Part shown: piece after piece, positions 35,826 through 45,906 of the stretch | How positions within the stretch are numbered: the first letter of the stretch is position 1 | Layout of the letters: each line of letters begins with the position of its first letter | IMG/VR virus record: IMGVR_UViG_2534681773_000022 | Strand: one strand, 5' to 3' | DNA length: 50,514 nt | Origin: a virus | Lineage: Duplodnaviria; Heunggongvirae; Uroviricota; Caudoviricetes | Made by a program: the position numbers and the translations under genes | The notes under the pieces: generated by a model | What the model saw: the letters and a program-made list of their open reading frames with translations, nothing else | Databases searched by the model: none | Told to the model about the DNA's origin: nothing

Positions 35826-36265
35826 ACTTTGCCCTCAGACTGGCGCGTGAGATGGGGAGACCCGACTGGCGCGCCATGCTTGCCGGGATGACATCCACCG
35901 AATATGCCGACTGGCACCGTTTTTACCGCACGCATTATTTTCAGGATACCCAGCTGGATATGCATTTTTCCGGGCTGACGTACGCTGTACTCAGCCTGTT
36001 TTTTTGCGATCCGGATATGCATCCCTCTGATTTCAGTCTGCTTGTCCCCCGGCATGAGGAAGAGCAGGTGGAGAGGCCGGATGAGGACAAAATGCTGATG
36101 CAGAAAGCGGCAGGACTTGCCGGAGGCGTCCGGTTCGGTGGGGACGGAGGGCGCGATATTTTATCGTCTGCGGATGTGGCGGATGTCATGGTGGATGATG
36201 CCGCATTAATGATGGCTTCAGCGGGGATTCCGGGAGGTGTGAGATATGTCCCAGCCGGTTGGTGA
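35394..36265 (+). CDS. GT: Tail assembly chaperone G-T fusion (product of the -1 frameshift)
   Basis: G ORF joined at the slippery site to the 137-aa T-frame ORF that ends at 36265. Confidence 0.7.
35801..35807 (+). promoter_or_regulatory. Programmed -1 ribosomal frameshift site (G GGA AAG) generating the G-T fusion
   Basis: GGGAAAG in the zero frame of G, 6 codons before its stop; the -1 frame continues into the T reading frame. Confidence 0.75.
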
Positions 36266-38819
36266 TCTTGTTATTGACCTGAGTCTGGATGCTGTCCGTT
36301 TCGATGAGCAGATGAGCCGGGTAAGGCGTCATTTTTCAGGTCTGGATACCGACGCCAGAAAAACCGCCAGTGCTGTTGAACAGGGCCTGAGCCGCCAGGC
36401 GCTGGCTGCACAAAAAGCCGGGATTTCCGTCGGGCAGTATAAAGCGGCCATGCGAACCCTGCCCGCACAGTTTACGGATATCGCCACGCAGCTTGCCGGT
36501 GGTCAGAATCCCTGGTTGATCCTGCTGCAACAGGGCGGTCAGGTGAAGGACTCCTTCGGCGGGATGATCCCCATGTTCAGGGGGCTTGCCGGTGCGATCA
36601 CCCTGCCGATGGTCGGGGTCACCTCGCTGGCGGTGGCGACAGGTGCGCTGGCGTACGCCTGGTACCAGGGCGACGCCACGCTTTCAGAATTTAATAAAAC
36701 GCTGGTCCTTTCCGGCAATCAGGCCGGACTGACTGCCGATCGTATGCTGACGCTCTCAAGAGCCGGGCAGGCAGCAGGGCTGACGTTTAACCAGGCGAGA
36801 GAGTCACTGGCAGCCCTGGTGAATGCCGGTGTGCGTGGTGGTGAACAGTTTGATGCCATCAACCAGAGTGTTGCGCGTTTTGCGTCTGCATCCGGTGTGG
36901 AGGTGGATAAAGTCGCTGAAGCCTTCGGGAAGCTGACCACTGACCCGACGTCGGGACTGATGGCGATGGCGCGCCAGTTCCGTAACGTGACGGCAGAGCA
37001 GATTGCGTATGTTGCACAGCTGCAGCGTTCCGGAGACGAGGCCGGGGCATTGCAGGCGGCGAACGATATCGCCACGAAAGGCTTTGATGAGCAGACCCGT
37101 CGCCTGAAAGAAAACATGGGAACACTGGAGACCTGGGCGGATAAAACAGGGAAGGCATTCAAATCGATGTGGGATGCCATTCTGGATATCGGTCGTCCGG
37201 AATCCTCAGCGGATATGCTCGCCAGTGCGCAGAAGGCATTTGATGAGGCGGATAAAAAATGGCAGTGGTACCAGAGCCGGAGCCAGCGCCGGGGAAAGAC
37301 CTCCTCTTTTCGTGCGAACCTTCAGGGGGCATGGGATGACCGGGAAAATGCCCGTCTGGGTCTGGCAGCGGCCACGCTGCAGTCGGATATGGAAAAAGCC
37401 GGTGAACTGGCGGCAAGGGACAGGGCTGAGCGTGAGTCGTCACAGCTGAAGTATACCGGAGAGGCGCAGAAGGCGTATGAGCGCCTGCAGACGCCGCTGG
37501 ATAAATATACCGCCCGTCAGAAAGAGCTGAATAAGGCCCTGAAAGACGGAAAAATCCTGCAGGCGGATTACAACACGCTGATGGCGTCGGCAAAAAAGGA
37601 TTATGAATCGACGCTGAAAAAGCCGTCAGGTGTGAAGGTGTCTGCCGGTGAGCGCCAGGAAGACCGGGCGCATGCAGCCCTGCTGGCGCTTGAAACCGAG
37701 CTCAGGACGCTGGAAAAACACAGCGGTGTGAATGAGAAAATCAGCCAGCAGCGCCGGGATTTATGGGAAGCGGAAAGTCAGTATGTGGTCCTGAAAGAGG
37801 CCGCCACGAAACGGCAGTTATCTGAGCAGGAAAAATCCCTGCTGGCTCATGAGAAAGAGACGCTGGAGTACAAACGCCAGCTGGCTGAGCTGGGAGACAA
37901 GATTGAACACCAGAAGCGGCTGAATGAGCTGGCACAGCAGGCGGCGCGGTTTGAACAGCAGCAAAGCGCGAAGCAGGCGGCAATCAGCGCAAAAGCCCGC
38001 GGCCTCACCGACCGTCAGGCGCAGCGGGAGTCGGAAGAGCAGCGCCTTCGTGAGGTGTACGGTGATAATCCGGCTGCGCTGGCGAAGGCCACATCGGCAC
38101 TGAAGAACACCTGGTCTGCGGAGGAGCAGCTTCGTGGAAGCTGGATGGCCGGGATGAAGTCCGGCTGGGGAGAGTGGGCGGAAAGTGCGACGGACAGTTT
38201 TTCGCAGGTTAAAAGTGTGGCCACGCAGACCTTTGACGGTATTGCACAGAATATGGCGGCGATGCTGACCGGCAGCGAACAGAACTGGCGGGGATTCACC
38301 CGTTCCGTGCTGTCCATGATGACAGAAATTCTGCTTAAGCAGGCAATGGTGGGGATTGTCGGGAGTATCGGCAGCGCCATTGGCGGGGCTGTTGGTGGCG
38401 GCGCATCCGCGTCAGGCGGTACAGCCATTCAGGCCGCTGCGGCGAAATTCCATTTTGCAACCGGAGGATTTACGGGAACCGGCGGCAAATATGAGCCAGC
38501 GGGGATTGTTCACCGTGGTGAATTTGTCTTCACAAAGGAGGCAACCAGCCGGATTGGCGTGGGGAATCTCTACCGGCTGATGCGCGGCTATGCCACCGGT
38601 GGTTATGTCGGTACACCGGGCAGTCTGGCTGACAGCCGGTCGCAGGCGTCCGGGACGTTTGAGCAGAATAACCATGTGGTGATTAACAACGACGGCACGA
38701 ACGGGCAGATAGGTCCGGCTGCTCTGAAGGCGGTGTATGACATGGCCCGCAAGGGTGCCCGTGATGAAATTCAGACACAGATGCGTGATGGTGGACTGTT
38801 CTCCGGAGGTGGACGATGA
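36246..38819 (+). CDS. H: Tail tape-measure protein gpH
   Basis: 857-aa ORF in lambda H position and of lambda H size; Ala/Gln-rich coiled-coil regions. Confidence 0.9.
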   Translation: MSQPVGDLVIDLSLDAVRFDEQMSRVRRHFSGLDTDARKTASAVEQGLSRQALAAQKAGISVGQYKAAMRTLPAQFTDIATQLAGGQNPWLILLQQGGQVKDSFGGMIPMFRGLAGAITLPMVGVTSLAVATGALAYAWYQGDATLSEFNKTLVLSGNQAGLTADRMLTLSRAGQAAGLTFNQARESLAALVNAGVRGGEQFDAINQSVARFASASGVEVDKVAEAFGKLTTDPTSGLMAMARQFRNVTAEQIAYVAQLQRSGDEAGALQAANDIATKGFDEQTRRLKENMGTLETWADKTGKAFKSMWDAILDIGRPESSADMLASAQKAFDEADKKWQWYQSRSQRRGKTSSFRANLQGAWDDRENARLGLAAATLQSDMEKAGELAARDRAERESSQLKYTGEAQKAYERLQTPLDKYTARQKELNKALKDGKILQADYNTLMASAKKDYESTLKKPSGVKVSAGERQEDRAHAALLALETELRTLEKHSGVNEKISQQRRDLWEAESQYVVLKEAATKRQLSEQEKSLLAHEKETLEYKRQLAELGDKIEHQKRLNELAQQAARFEQQQSAKQAAISAKARGLTDRQAQRESEEQRLREVYGDNPAALAKATSALKNTWSAEEQLRGSWMAGMKSGWGEWAESATDSFSQVKSVATQTFDGIAQNMAAMLTGSEQNWRGFTRSVLSMMTEILLKQAMVGIVGSIGSAIGGAVGGGASASGGTAIQAAAAKFHFATGGFTGTGGKYEPAGIVHRGEFVFTKEATSRIGVGNLYRLMRGYATGGYVGTPGSLADSRSQASGTFEQNNHVVINNDGTNGQIGPAALKAVYDMARKGARDEIQTQMRDGGLFSGGGR

Positions 38820-39145
38820 AAACCTTCCGCTGGAAAGTGAAACCCGGGATGGATGTGACATCGGCTCCTTCCGTCAGGGAGGTGCGCTTTGGTGATGGCT
38901 ATTCCCAGCGTGCGCCTGCCGGGCTGAACGCTGACCTGAAAACGTACAGCGTGACGCTGTCTGTCTCCCGTGAGGAGGCCACGGCGCTGGAGTCGTTTCT
39001 GGCTGAGCACGGGGGCTGGAAGGCCTTTCTGTGGACGCCGCCTTATGGTTACAGGCAGATAAAGGTGACCTGCGCAAAATGGTCGTCGCAGGTCAGTATG
39101 TTGCGTGTTGGGTTCAGCGCAGAGTTTAAACAGGTGGTGAACTGA
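38816..39145 (+). CDS. M: Minor tail protein gpM
   Basis: 109-aa ORF nearly identical in memory to lambda M. Confidence 0.9.
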   Translation: MKTFRWKVKPGMDVTSAPSVREVRFGDGYSQRAPAGLNADLKTYSVTLSVSREEATALESFLAEHGGWKAFLWTPPYGYRQIKVTCAKWSSQVSMLRVGFSAEFKQVVN

Positions 39146-39843
39146 TGCAGGATATCCGGCAGGAAACACTGAATGAATGCACCCGTGCGGAGCAGTCGGC
39201 CAGCGTGGTGCTCTGGGAAATCGATCTGACAGAGGTCGGTGGAGAACGTTATTTTTTCTGTAATGAGCAGAACGAAAAAGGTGAGCCGGTCACCTGGCAG
39301 GGGAGGCAGTATCAGGCGTATCCCATTCAGGGGAGCGGTTTTGAACTGAATGGCAAAGGCACCAGTACGCGGCCCACGCTGGCAGTCTCTAACCTGTACG
39401 GCATGGTCACCGGTATGGTGGAAGATATGCAGAGTCTGGTCGGCGGAACGGTGGTCCGGCGTAAGGTTTACGCCCGTTTTCTGGATGCGGTGAACTTCGT
39501 CAACGGAAACAGAGACGCCGATCCGGAGCAGGAGGTGATCAGCCGCTGGCGCATCGAGCAGTGCAGCGAACTGAGCGCGGTGAGTGCCTCCTTTGTACTG
39601 TCCACGCCGACGGAAACGGATGGCGCTGTTTTTCCGGGGCGTATCATGCTGGCCAACACCTGCACCTGGACCTATCGCGGTGATGAGTGCGGTTATCACG
39701 GTCCGGCAGTCGCGGATGAATATGACCAGCCGACGTCCGATATCACGAAGGATAAATGCAGCAAATGCCTGAGCGGCTGTAAGTTTCGCAATAACGTCGG
39801 CAACTTTGGCGGCTTCCTTTCCATTAACAAACTTTCGCAGTAA
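39145..39843 (+). CDS. L: Minor tail protein gpL
   Basis: 232-aa ORF closely resembling lambda L, including the C-terminal Cys cluster. Confidence 0.9.
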   Translation: MQDIRQETLNECTRAEQSASVVLWEIDLTEVGGERYFFCNEQNEKGEPVTWQGRQYQAYPIQGSGFELNGKGTSTRPTLAVSNLYGMVTGMVEDMQSLVGGTVVRRKVYARFLDAVNFVNGNRDADPEQEVISRWRIEQCSELSAVSASFVLSTPTETDGAVFPGRIMLANTCTWTYRGDECGYHGPAVADEYDQPTSDITKDKCSKCLSGCKFRNNVGNFGGFLSINKLSQ

Positions 39844-39847
39844 TCCC

Positions 39848-40591
39848 ATGACAGAGACAGAATCAGCGATTCTGGCGCACGCCCGGCGATGTGCGCCAGC
39901 GGAGTCGTGCGGCTTCGTGGTAAGCACGCCGGAGGGGGAAAGATATTTCCCCTGCGTGAATATCTCCGGTGAGCCGGAGGCGTATTTCCGGATGGCTCCG
40001 GAGGACTGGCTGCAGGCAGAGATGCAGGGTGAGATTGTGGCGCTGGTCCACAGCCACCCCGGTGGTCTGCCCTGGCTGAGTGAGGCTGACCGGCGGCTGC
40101 AGGTGCAGAGCGATTTGCCGTGGTGGCTGGTCTGCCGGGGGGCGATTCACAAGTTCCGCTGTGTGCCGCATCTCACCGGGCGGCGCTTTGAGTACGGGGT
40201 GACGGACTGTTACACACTGTTCCGGGATGCTTACCATCTGGCGGGGATTGAGATGCCGGATTTTCATCGCGGGGATGACTGGTGGCGTCACGGTCAGAAT
40301 CTCTATCTTGACAATATGGAGGCTACTGGTTTTTACCGTGTCGCACTGACAGAGGCGCAGCCGGGCGATGTGCTGCTGTGCTGTTTTGGTTCATCGGTGC
40401 CGAATCACGCCGCCATTTACTGCGGCGACGGTGAGCTGCTGCACCATATTCCTGAACAACTGAGTAAACGAGAGAGGTATACCGACAAATGGCAGCGACG
40501 CACACACTCCCTCTGGCGTCACCGGGAATGGCACGCATCTGCCTTTACGGGGATTTGCAACGATTTGGCCGCCGCATCGACCTTCGTGTGA
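39848..40591 (+). CDS. K: Tail assembly protein gpK (JAMM/MPN + NlpC/P60-like)
   Basis: ORF with HSHPGG metal-binding motif and a C-terminal Cys/His peptidase-like domain; 3' end overlaps I. Confidence 0.8.
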   Translation: MTETESAILAHARRCAPAESCGFVVSTPEGERYFPCVNISGEPEAYFRMAPEDWLQAEMQGEIVALVHSHPGGLPWLSEADRRLQVQSDLPWWLVCRGAIHKFRCVPHLTGRRFEYGVTDCYTLFRDAYHLAGIEMPDFHRGDDWWRHGQNLYLDNMEATGFYRVALTEAQPGDVLLCCFGSSVPNHAAIYCGDGELLHHIPEQLSKRERYTDKWQRRTHSLWRHREWHASAFTGICNDLAAASTFV

Positions 40592-41130
40592 AAACGGGGG
40601 CTGAAGCCATCCGGGCACTGGCCACACAGCTCCCGGCGTTTCGTCAGAAACTGAGCGATGGCTGGTATCAGGTACGGATTGCCGGGCGGGATGCAGGAGA
40701 AACCGAATTATCATCCCGTCTTAATGAGCCGCTGGCAAATGGTGCCGTGATCCACATCGTGCCGCGTCTTGCGGGAGCAAAAAGTGGCGGTGTGTTTCAG
40801 GCGGTGCTGGGTGCGGCGTTGATTGCTACGGCAATCTGGATGCCGGGGATCAGTATCGCTTTCAGTGACATTCTCTTTTCAATGGGTGCGGCGATGACGC
40901 TTGGTGGTGTGGCGCAGATGCTGGCACCGAAAGCCAGAACTCCCCGTACACAGACAACGGATAACGGCAAACAGAACACCTATTTCTCCTCACTGGATAA
41001 CATGGTTGCCCAGGGCAATGTCCTGCCTGTTCTGTACGGTGAAATGCGCGTGGGGTCACGTGTGGCATCTCAGGAGATCAGCACGGCAGATGAAGGGGAT
41101 GGTGGTCAGGTTGTGGTAATTGGGCGGTAA
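40489..41130 (+). CDS. I: Tail assembly protein gpI
   Basis: 213-aa ORF in the lambda I position; ubiquitin-like N-terminus. Confidence 0.85.
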   Translation: MAATHTLPLASPGMARICLYGDLQRFGRRIDLRVKTGAEAIRALATQLPAFRQKLSDGWYQVRIAGRDAGETELSSRLNEPLANGAVIHIVPRLAGAKSGGVFQAVLGAALIATAIWMPGISIAFSDILFSMGAAMTLGGVAQMLAPKARTPRTQTTDNGKQNTYFSSLDNMVAQGNVLPVLYGEMRVGSRVASQEISTADEGDGGQVVVIGR

Positions 41131-41203
41131 TATTATTTTACTCATGTTCTAACTAATTTAATATTTATATCGAACACTGATAATTATTCTATTGGTTAGC
41201 TAT

Positions 41204-41542
41204 ATGAACAAAACGATTTTATTCTGCACGATTATTGCCTTAACAGGATGTAAATCTTTGGATTACGTAAAATCCGGAAAACCTGTAATGGAAGGTAATT
41301 CATTAAAAAATATTGATGAATTGTCAGGCTGCATATCCAGACAATGGGCTGGTAATGGAACACCTATAACATCCCTTCCTATTGAGAATGGGGTAAGCCT
41401 TTTAGTTCCACAGGCTATGGGGGGATATGATGTTGTGCTTGATATCAAAAAAGCAGGAAATGGCAGTAGTTTTACTCTTTATGAACGTGTACCAGCATTA
41501 ACGCCAAAAATTTTTGCTGATAGTGTTAATGCATGTAAATAA
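41204..41542 (+). CDS. Lipoprotein moron between I and J (candidate superinfection-exclusion or surface lipoprotein)
   Basis: 112-aa ORF with signal peptide and lipobox (MNKTILFCTIIALTGCKS); AT-rich island with its own terminator; lambda has no gene here. Confidence 0.55.
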   Translation: MNKTILFCTIIALTGCKSLDYVKSGKPVMEGNSLKNIDELSGCISRQWAGNGTPITSLPIENGVSLLVPQAMGGYDVVLDIKKAGNGSSFTLYERVPALTPKIFADSVNACK

Positions 41543-41566
41543 TAGTTAATCCTGTCGTAACTCATG

Positions 41567-41593
41567 AGCCGCCTTTTGGGCGGCTTTGTTGTT
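41567..41593 (+). terminator. Intrinsic terminator after the lipoprotein moron
   Basis: AGCCGCC-ttttg-GGCGGCT hairpin followed by a T-rich tract. Confidence 0.6.
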
Positions 41594-41608
41594 TATGGAG
41601 TGTGAGGA

Positions 41609-44600
41609 ATGGGTAAAGGAAGCAGTAAGGGGCATACCCCGCGCGAAGCGAGGGACAACCTGAAGTCCACGCAGCTGCTGAGTGTGATCGATGCCATCAG
41701 CGAAGGGCCGGTTGAAGGTCCGGTGGACGGATTAAAAAGCGTGCTGCTGAACAGTACGCCGGTGCTGGACAGTGAGGGGAATACCAATATATCCGGTGTC
41801 ACGGTGGTGTTCCGGGCAGGTGAGCAGGAGCAGACACCGCCGGAGGGATTTGAATCCTCCGGCTCCGAGACGGTGCTGGGTACGGAAGTGAAATATGACA
41901 CGCCGATCACCCGGACCATCACGTCGGCAAACATCGACCGTCTGCGCTTTACCTTCGGTGTGCAGGCACTGGTGGAAACCACCTCAAAGGGGGACAGGAA
42001 TCCGTCGGAAGTCCGCCTGCTGGTTCAGATCCAGCGTAACGGTGGCTGGGTGACGGAAAAAGACATCACCATTAAGGGCAAAACCACCTCGCAGTATCTG
42101 GCCTCGGTGGTGGTGGATAACCTGCCGCCGCGCCCGTTTAATATCCGGATGCGCAGAATGACGCCGGACAGCACCACAGACCAGCTGCAGAACAAAACGC
42201 TCTGGTCGTCATACACCGAAATCATCGATGTGAAACAGTGCTACCCGAACACGGCACTGGTCGGCGTGCAGGTGGACTCGGAACAGTTCGGCAGCCAGCA
42301 GGTGAGCCGTAATTATCATCTTCGCGGGCGCATTCTGCAGGTGCCGTCGAACTATAACCCGCAGACGCGGCAATACAGCGGTATCTGGGACGGAACGTTT
42401 AAGCCAGCATACAGCAACAACATGGCCTGGTGTCTGTGGGATATGCTGACCCATCCGCGCTACGGCATGGGGAAGCGTCTCGGTGCGGCGGATGTGGACA
42501 AATGGGCGCTGTATGTCATCGGCCAGAATTGCGACCAGTCGGTGCCGGACGGCTCTGGTGGCACGGAGCCGCGCATCACCTGTAATGCGTGGCTGACCAC
42601 ACAGCGCAAGGCGTGGGATGTTCTCAGTGATTTCTGCTCGGCGATGCGCTGTATGCCGGTATGGAACGGGCAGACGCTGACGTTCGTGCAGGACCGACCG
42701 TCGGATAAGGTGTGGACCTATAACCGCAGTAATGTGGTGATGCCGGATGATGGCGCGCCGTTCCGCTACAGCTTCAGTGCCCTGAAGGACCGTCATAATG
42801 CCGTTGAGGTGAACTGGATTGACCCGGATAACGGCTGGGAGACGGCGACAGAGCTTGTTGAAGATACGCAGGCCATTGCCCGTTACGGTCGTAACGTCAC
42901 GAAGATGGATGCCTTTGGCTGTACCAGCCGGGGGCAGGCGCACCGCGCCGGGCTGTGGCTGATTAAAACGGAACTGCTGGAAACGCAGACCGTGGACTTC
43001 AGCGTGGGTGCGGAAGGGCTTCGCCATGTACCGGGGGATGTCATTGAAATCTGCGATGATGACTATGCGGGTATCAGCACCGGCGGGCGCGTGCTGGCGG
43101 TGAACAGCCAGACCCGGACGCTGACGCTCGACCGTGAAATCACGCTGCCATCCTCCGGTACCACGCTGATAAGCCTGGTTGACGGTCAGGGTAATCCGGT
43201 CAGCGTGGAGGTCCAGTCCGTCACCGACGGCGTGAAGGTGAAAGTGAGCCGTGTTCCTGACGGTGTTGCAGAATACAGCGTGTGGGGGCTGAAGCTGCCG
43301 ACGCTGCGCCAGCGCCTGTTCCGCTGCGTGAGTATCCGTGAGAACGATGACGGCACGTATGCCATCACCGCCGTGCAGCATGTACCGGAGAAAGAAGCCA
43401 TCGTGGATAACGGGGCGCACTTTGACGGTGACCAGAGCGGCACGGTGAATGGTGTCACGCCGCCAGCAGTGCAGCACCTGACCGCCGAAGTCACTGCAGA
43501 CAGCGGGGAATATCAGGTGCTGGCGCGATGGGACACACCGAAGGTGGTGAAGGGCGTGAGCTTCCTGCTCCGTCTGACCGTAACAGCGGACGACGGCAGT
43601 GAGCGGCTGGTCAGCACGGCCCGGACGACGGAAACCACATACCGCTTCACGCAACTGGCGCTGGGAAACTACAGGCTGACAGTCCGGGCGGTAAATGCCC
43701 GGGGGCAGCAGGGCGATCCGGCGTCGGTATCGTTCCGGATTGCCGCACCGGCAGCACCGTCGAGGATTGAGCTGACGCCGGGCTATTTTCAGATAACCGC
43801 CACGCCGCATCTTGCTGTTTATGACCCGACGGTACAGTTTGAGTTCTGGTTCTCGGAAAAGCGGATTACCGATATCAGGCAGGTTGAAACCACAGCCCGC
43901 TATCTTGGTACGGCGCTGTACTGGATAGCCGCCAGTATCAATATCAAACCGGGCCATGATTATTATTTTTACGTTCGCAGTGTGAACACCGTTGGCAAAT
44001 CGGCATTCGTGGAGGCTGTCGGTCGGGCGAGCGATGATGCGGAAGGTTACCTGGATTTTTTCAAAGGAGAAATCGGGAAAACACATCTGGCCCAGGAGTT
44101 GTGGACGCAGATTGATAACGGTCAGCTTGCGCCGGACCTGGCTGAAATCAGGACGTCCATTACGAATGTCAGCAATGAAATCACGCAGACCGTCAATAAA
44201 AAACTGGAAGACCAGAGTGCGGCAATCCAGCAGATACAGAAAGTTCAGGTTGATACAAATAATAACCTGAACAGCATGTGGGCCGTGAAACTGCAGCAGA
44301 TGAAGGACGGACGCCTTTATATTGCGGGTATCGGAGCCGGTATTGAGAATACGCCAGCAGGTATGCAGAGTCAGGTGCTTCTGGCTGCTGACCGGATTGC
44401 GATGATTAATCCTGCGAATGGCAACACAAAGCCGATGTTTGTTGGTCAGGGCGATCAGATATTCATGAACGACGTGTTCCTGAAACGCCTGACGGCTCCG
44501 ACCATTACCAGCGGCGGTAATCCTCCGGCATTTTCCCTGACACCGGACGGGCGGCTGACGGCGAAAAATGCCGATATCAGCGGTAACGTGAATGCGAACT

Positions 44601-45088
44601 CCGGGACGCTCAACAACGTCACGATTAACGAGAACTGTCGGGTTCTGGGAAAATTGTCCGCCAACCAGATTGAAGGCGATCTCGTTAAAACAGTGGGCAA
44701 AGCTTTCCCCCGGGACTCCCGTGCACCGGAACGGTGGCCATCAGGGACCATCACCGTCAGGGTTTATGACGATCAGCCGTTTGACCGGCAGATTGTTATT
44801 CCGGCGGTGGCATTCAGCGGCGCTAAACATGAGCGGGAGAATAACGATATTTATTCGTCATGCCGCCTGATAGTACGGAAAAACGGTGCTGAAATTTATA
44901 ACCGTACCGCGCTGGATAATACGCTGATTTACAGTGGTGTTATTGATATGCCAGCTGGTCGCGGCCACATGACGCTGGAGTTTTCGGTGTCAGCATGGCT
45001 GGTGAATAACTGGTATCCCACAGCAAGTATCAGCGATTTGCTGGTTGTGGTGATGAAGAAAGCCACCGCAGGCATCAGTATCAGCTGA
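41609..45088 (+). CDS. J: Central tail fibre / host-specificity protein gpJ
   Basis: 1159-aa ORF matching my recollection of lambda J along its whole length, including the C-terminal receptor-binding region. Confidence 0.9.
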   Translation: MGKGSSKGHTPREARDNLKSTQLLSVIDAISEGPVEGPVDGLKSVLLNSTPVLDSEGNTNISGVTVVFRAGEQEQTPPEGFESSGSETVLGTEVKYDTPITRTITSANIDRLRFTFGVQALVETTSKGDRNPSEVRLLVQIQRNGGWVTEKDITIKGKTTSQYLASVVVDNLPPRPFNIRMRRMTPDSTTDQLQNKTLWSSYTEIIDVKQCYPNTALVGVQVDSEQFGSQQVSRNYHLRGRILQVPSNYNPQTRQYSGIWDGTFKPAYSNNMAWCLWDMLTHPRYGMGKRLGAADVDKWALYVIGQNCDQSVPDGSGGTEPRITCNAWLTTQRKAWDVLSDFCSAMRCMPVWNGQTLTFVQDRPSDKVWTYNRSNVVMPDDGAPFRYSFSALKDRHNAVEVNWIDPDNGWETATELVEDTQAIARYGRNVTKMDAFGCTSRGQAHRAGLWLIKTELLETQTVDFSVGAEGLRHVPGDVIEICDDDYAGISTGGRVLAVNSQTRTLTLDREITLPSSGTTLISLVDGQGNPVSVEVQSVTDGVKVKVSRVPDGVAEYSVWGLKLPTLRQRLFRCVSIRENDDGTYAITAVQHVPEKEAIVDNGAHFDGDQSGTVNGVTPPAVQHLTAEVTADSGEYQVLARWDTPKVVKGVSFLLRLTVTADDGSERLVSTARTTETTYRFTQLALGNYRLTVRAVNARGQQGDPASVSFRIAAPAAPSRIELTPGYFQITATPHLAVYDPTVQFEFWFSEKRITDIRQVETTARYLGTALYWIAASINIKPGHDYYFYVRSVNTVGKSAFVEAVGRASDDAEGYLDFFKGEIGKTHLAQELWTQIDNGQLAPDLAEIRTSITNVSNEITQTVNKKLEDQSAAIQQIQKVQVDTNNNLNSMWAVKLQQMKDGRLYIAGIGAGIENTPAGMQSQVLLAADRIAMINPANGNTKPMFVGQGDQIFMNDVFLKRLTAPTITSGGNPPAFSLTPDGRLTAKNADISGNVNANSGTLNNVTINENCRVLGKLSANQIEGDLVKTVGKAFPRDSRAPERWPSGTITVRVYDDQPFDRQIVIPAVAFSGAKHERENNDIYSSCRLIVRKNGAEIYNRTALDNTLIYSGVIDMPAGRGHMTLEFSVSAWLVNNWYPTASISDLLVVVMKKATAGISIS

Positions 45089-45107
45089 ATTTTATAACCC
45101 ATATACG

Positions 45108-45132
45108 GGCGCCAGAAATGGCGCCTTTTTTA
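45108..45132 (+). terminator. Intrinsic terminator after J
   Basis: GGCGCC-agaaat-GGCGCC hairpin followed by TTTTTT. Confidence 0.65.
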
Positions 45133-45155
45133 TTGCAGAAAAGCGAGAGGTAATT

Positions 45156-45755
45156 ATGCGTAAAGTTTGTGCAGTCATTTTGTCCGCAGCCATCTGTCTG
45201 TCCGTATCCGGTGCGCCTGCATGGGCGTCTGAACATCAGTCCACACTGAGCGCGGGGTATCTTCATGCCCGTACGAACGCTCCCGGCAGCGATAATCTGA
45301 ACGGGATTAACGTGAAATACCGTTATGAGTTTACGGACGCGCTGGGGCTGATTACGTCCTTCAGTTATGCCAATGCTGAGGATGAGCAAAAAACGCACTA
45401 CAGCGATACCCGCTGGCATGAAGATTCCGTGCGTAACCGCTGGTTCAGCGTGATGGCGGGGCCGTCTGTACGCGTGAATGAATGGTTCAGCGCGTATTCG
45501 ATGGCGGGTGTGGCTTACAGCCGTGTGTCGACTTTCTCCGGGGATTATCTCCGCGTAACTGACAACAAGGGGAAAACGCACGATGTGCTGACCGGAAGTG
45601 ATGACGGTCGCCACAGCAACACGTCTCTGGCGTGGGGGGCTGGCGTGCAGTTTAACCCGACCGAATCCGTGACCATTGACCTTGCTTATGAAGGTTCCGG
45701 TAGTGGCGACTGGCGAACGGATGCATTTATTGTTGGTATCGGATACCGTTTCTGA
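45156..45755 (+). CDS. lom: Outer-membrane beta-barrel protein Lom (Ail/Lom/PagC family)
   Basis: 199-aa ORF with signal peptide; C-terminus (…AYEGSGSGDWRTDAFIVGIGYRF) matches lambda Lom. Confidence 0.85.
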   Translation: MRKVCAVILSAAICLSVSGAPAWASEHQSTLSAGYLHARTNAPGSDNLNGINVKYRYEFTDALGLITSFSYANAEDEQKTHYSDTRWHEDSVRNRWFSVMAGPSVRVNEWFSAYSMAGVAYSRVSTFSGDYLRVTDNKGKTHDVLTGSDDGRHSNTSLAWGAGVQFNPTESVTIDLAYEGSGSGDWRTDAFIVGIGYRF

Positions 45756-45860
45756 CAACAGACGCCGATTTATCTTCTGTAAATATTGTTATGATACGCA
45801 GGTTCATCCACTTTATGGGGTGAACTGCGTTTGAGGAAACGTAAAGTTACACTGTCCTGA

Positions 45861-45893
45861 AGCCCGTGACGTCACTGCTGCGGGCTTTTTTTA
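45861..45893 (+). terminator. Intrinsic terminator after lom
   Basis: AGCCCG…CGGGCT stem followed by TTTTTTT. Confidence 0.55.
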
Positions 45894-45906
45894 TTGGTGG
45901 AAAAGT

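Noticed and set aside
34721-36055. 444-aa minus-strand ORF antisense to V, G and T
   Set aside because: Fully overlaps conserved lambda-like tail genes on the other strand; Cys/Arg-rich composition typical of antisense read-through of GC-rich coding DNA.
39049-39927. 292-aa minus-strand ORF antisense to L and K
   Set aside because: Overlaps conserved tail genes; antisense artefact.
42209-44086. 625-aa minus-strand ORF antisense to J
   Set aside because: Lies entirely inside the conserved J gene; composition is that of an antisense artefact and there is no RBS context.
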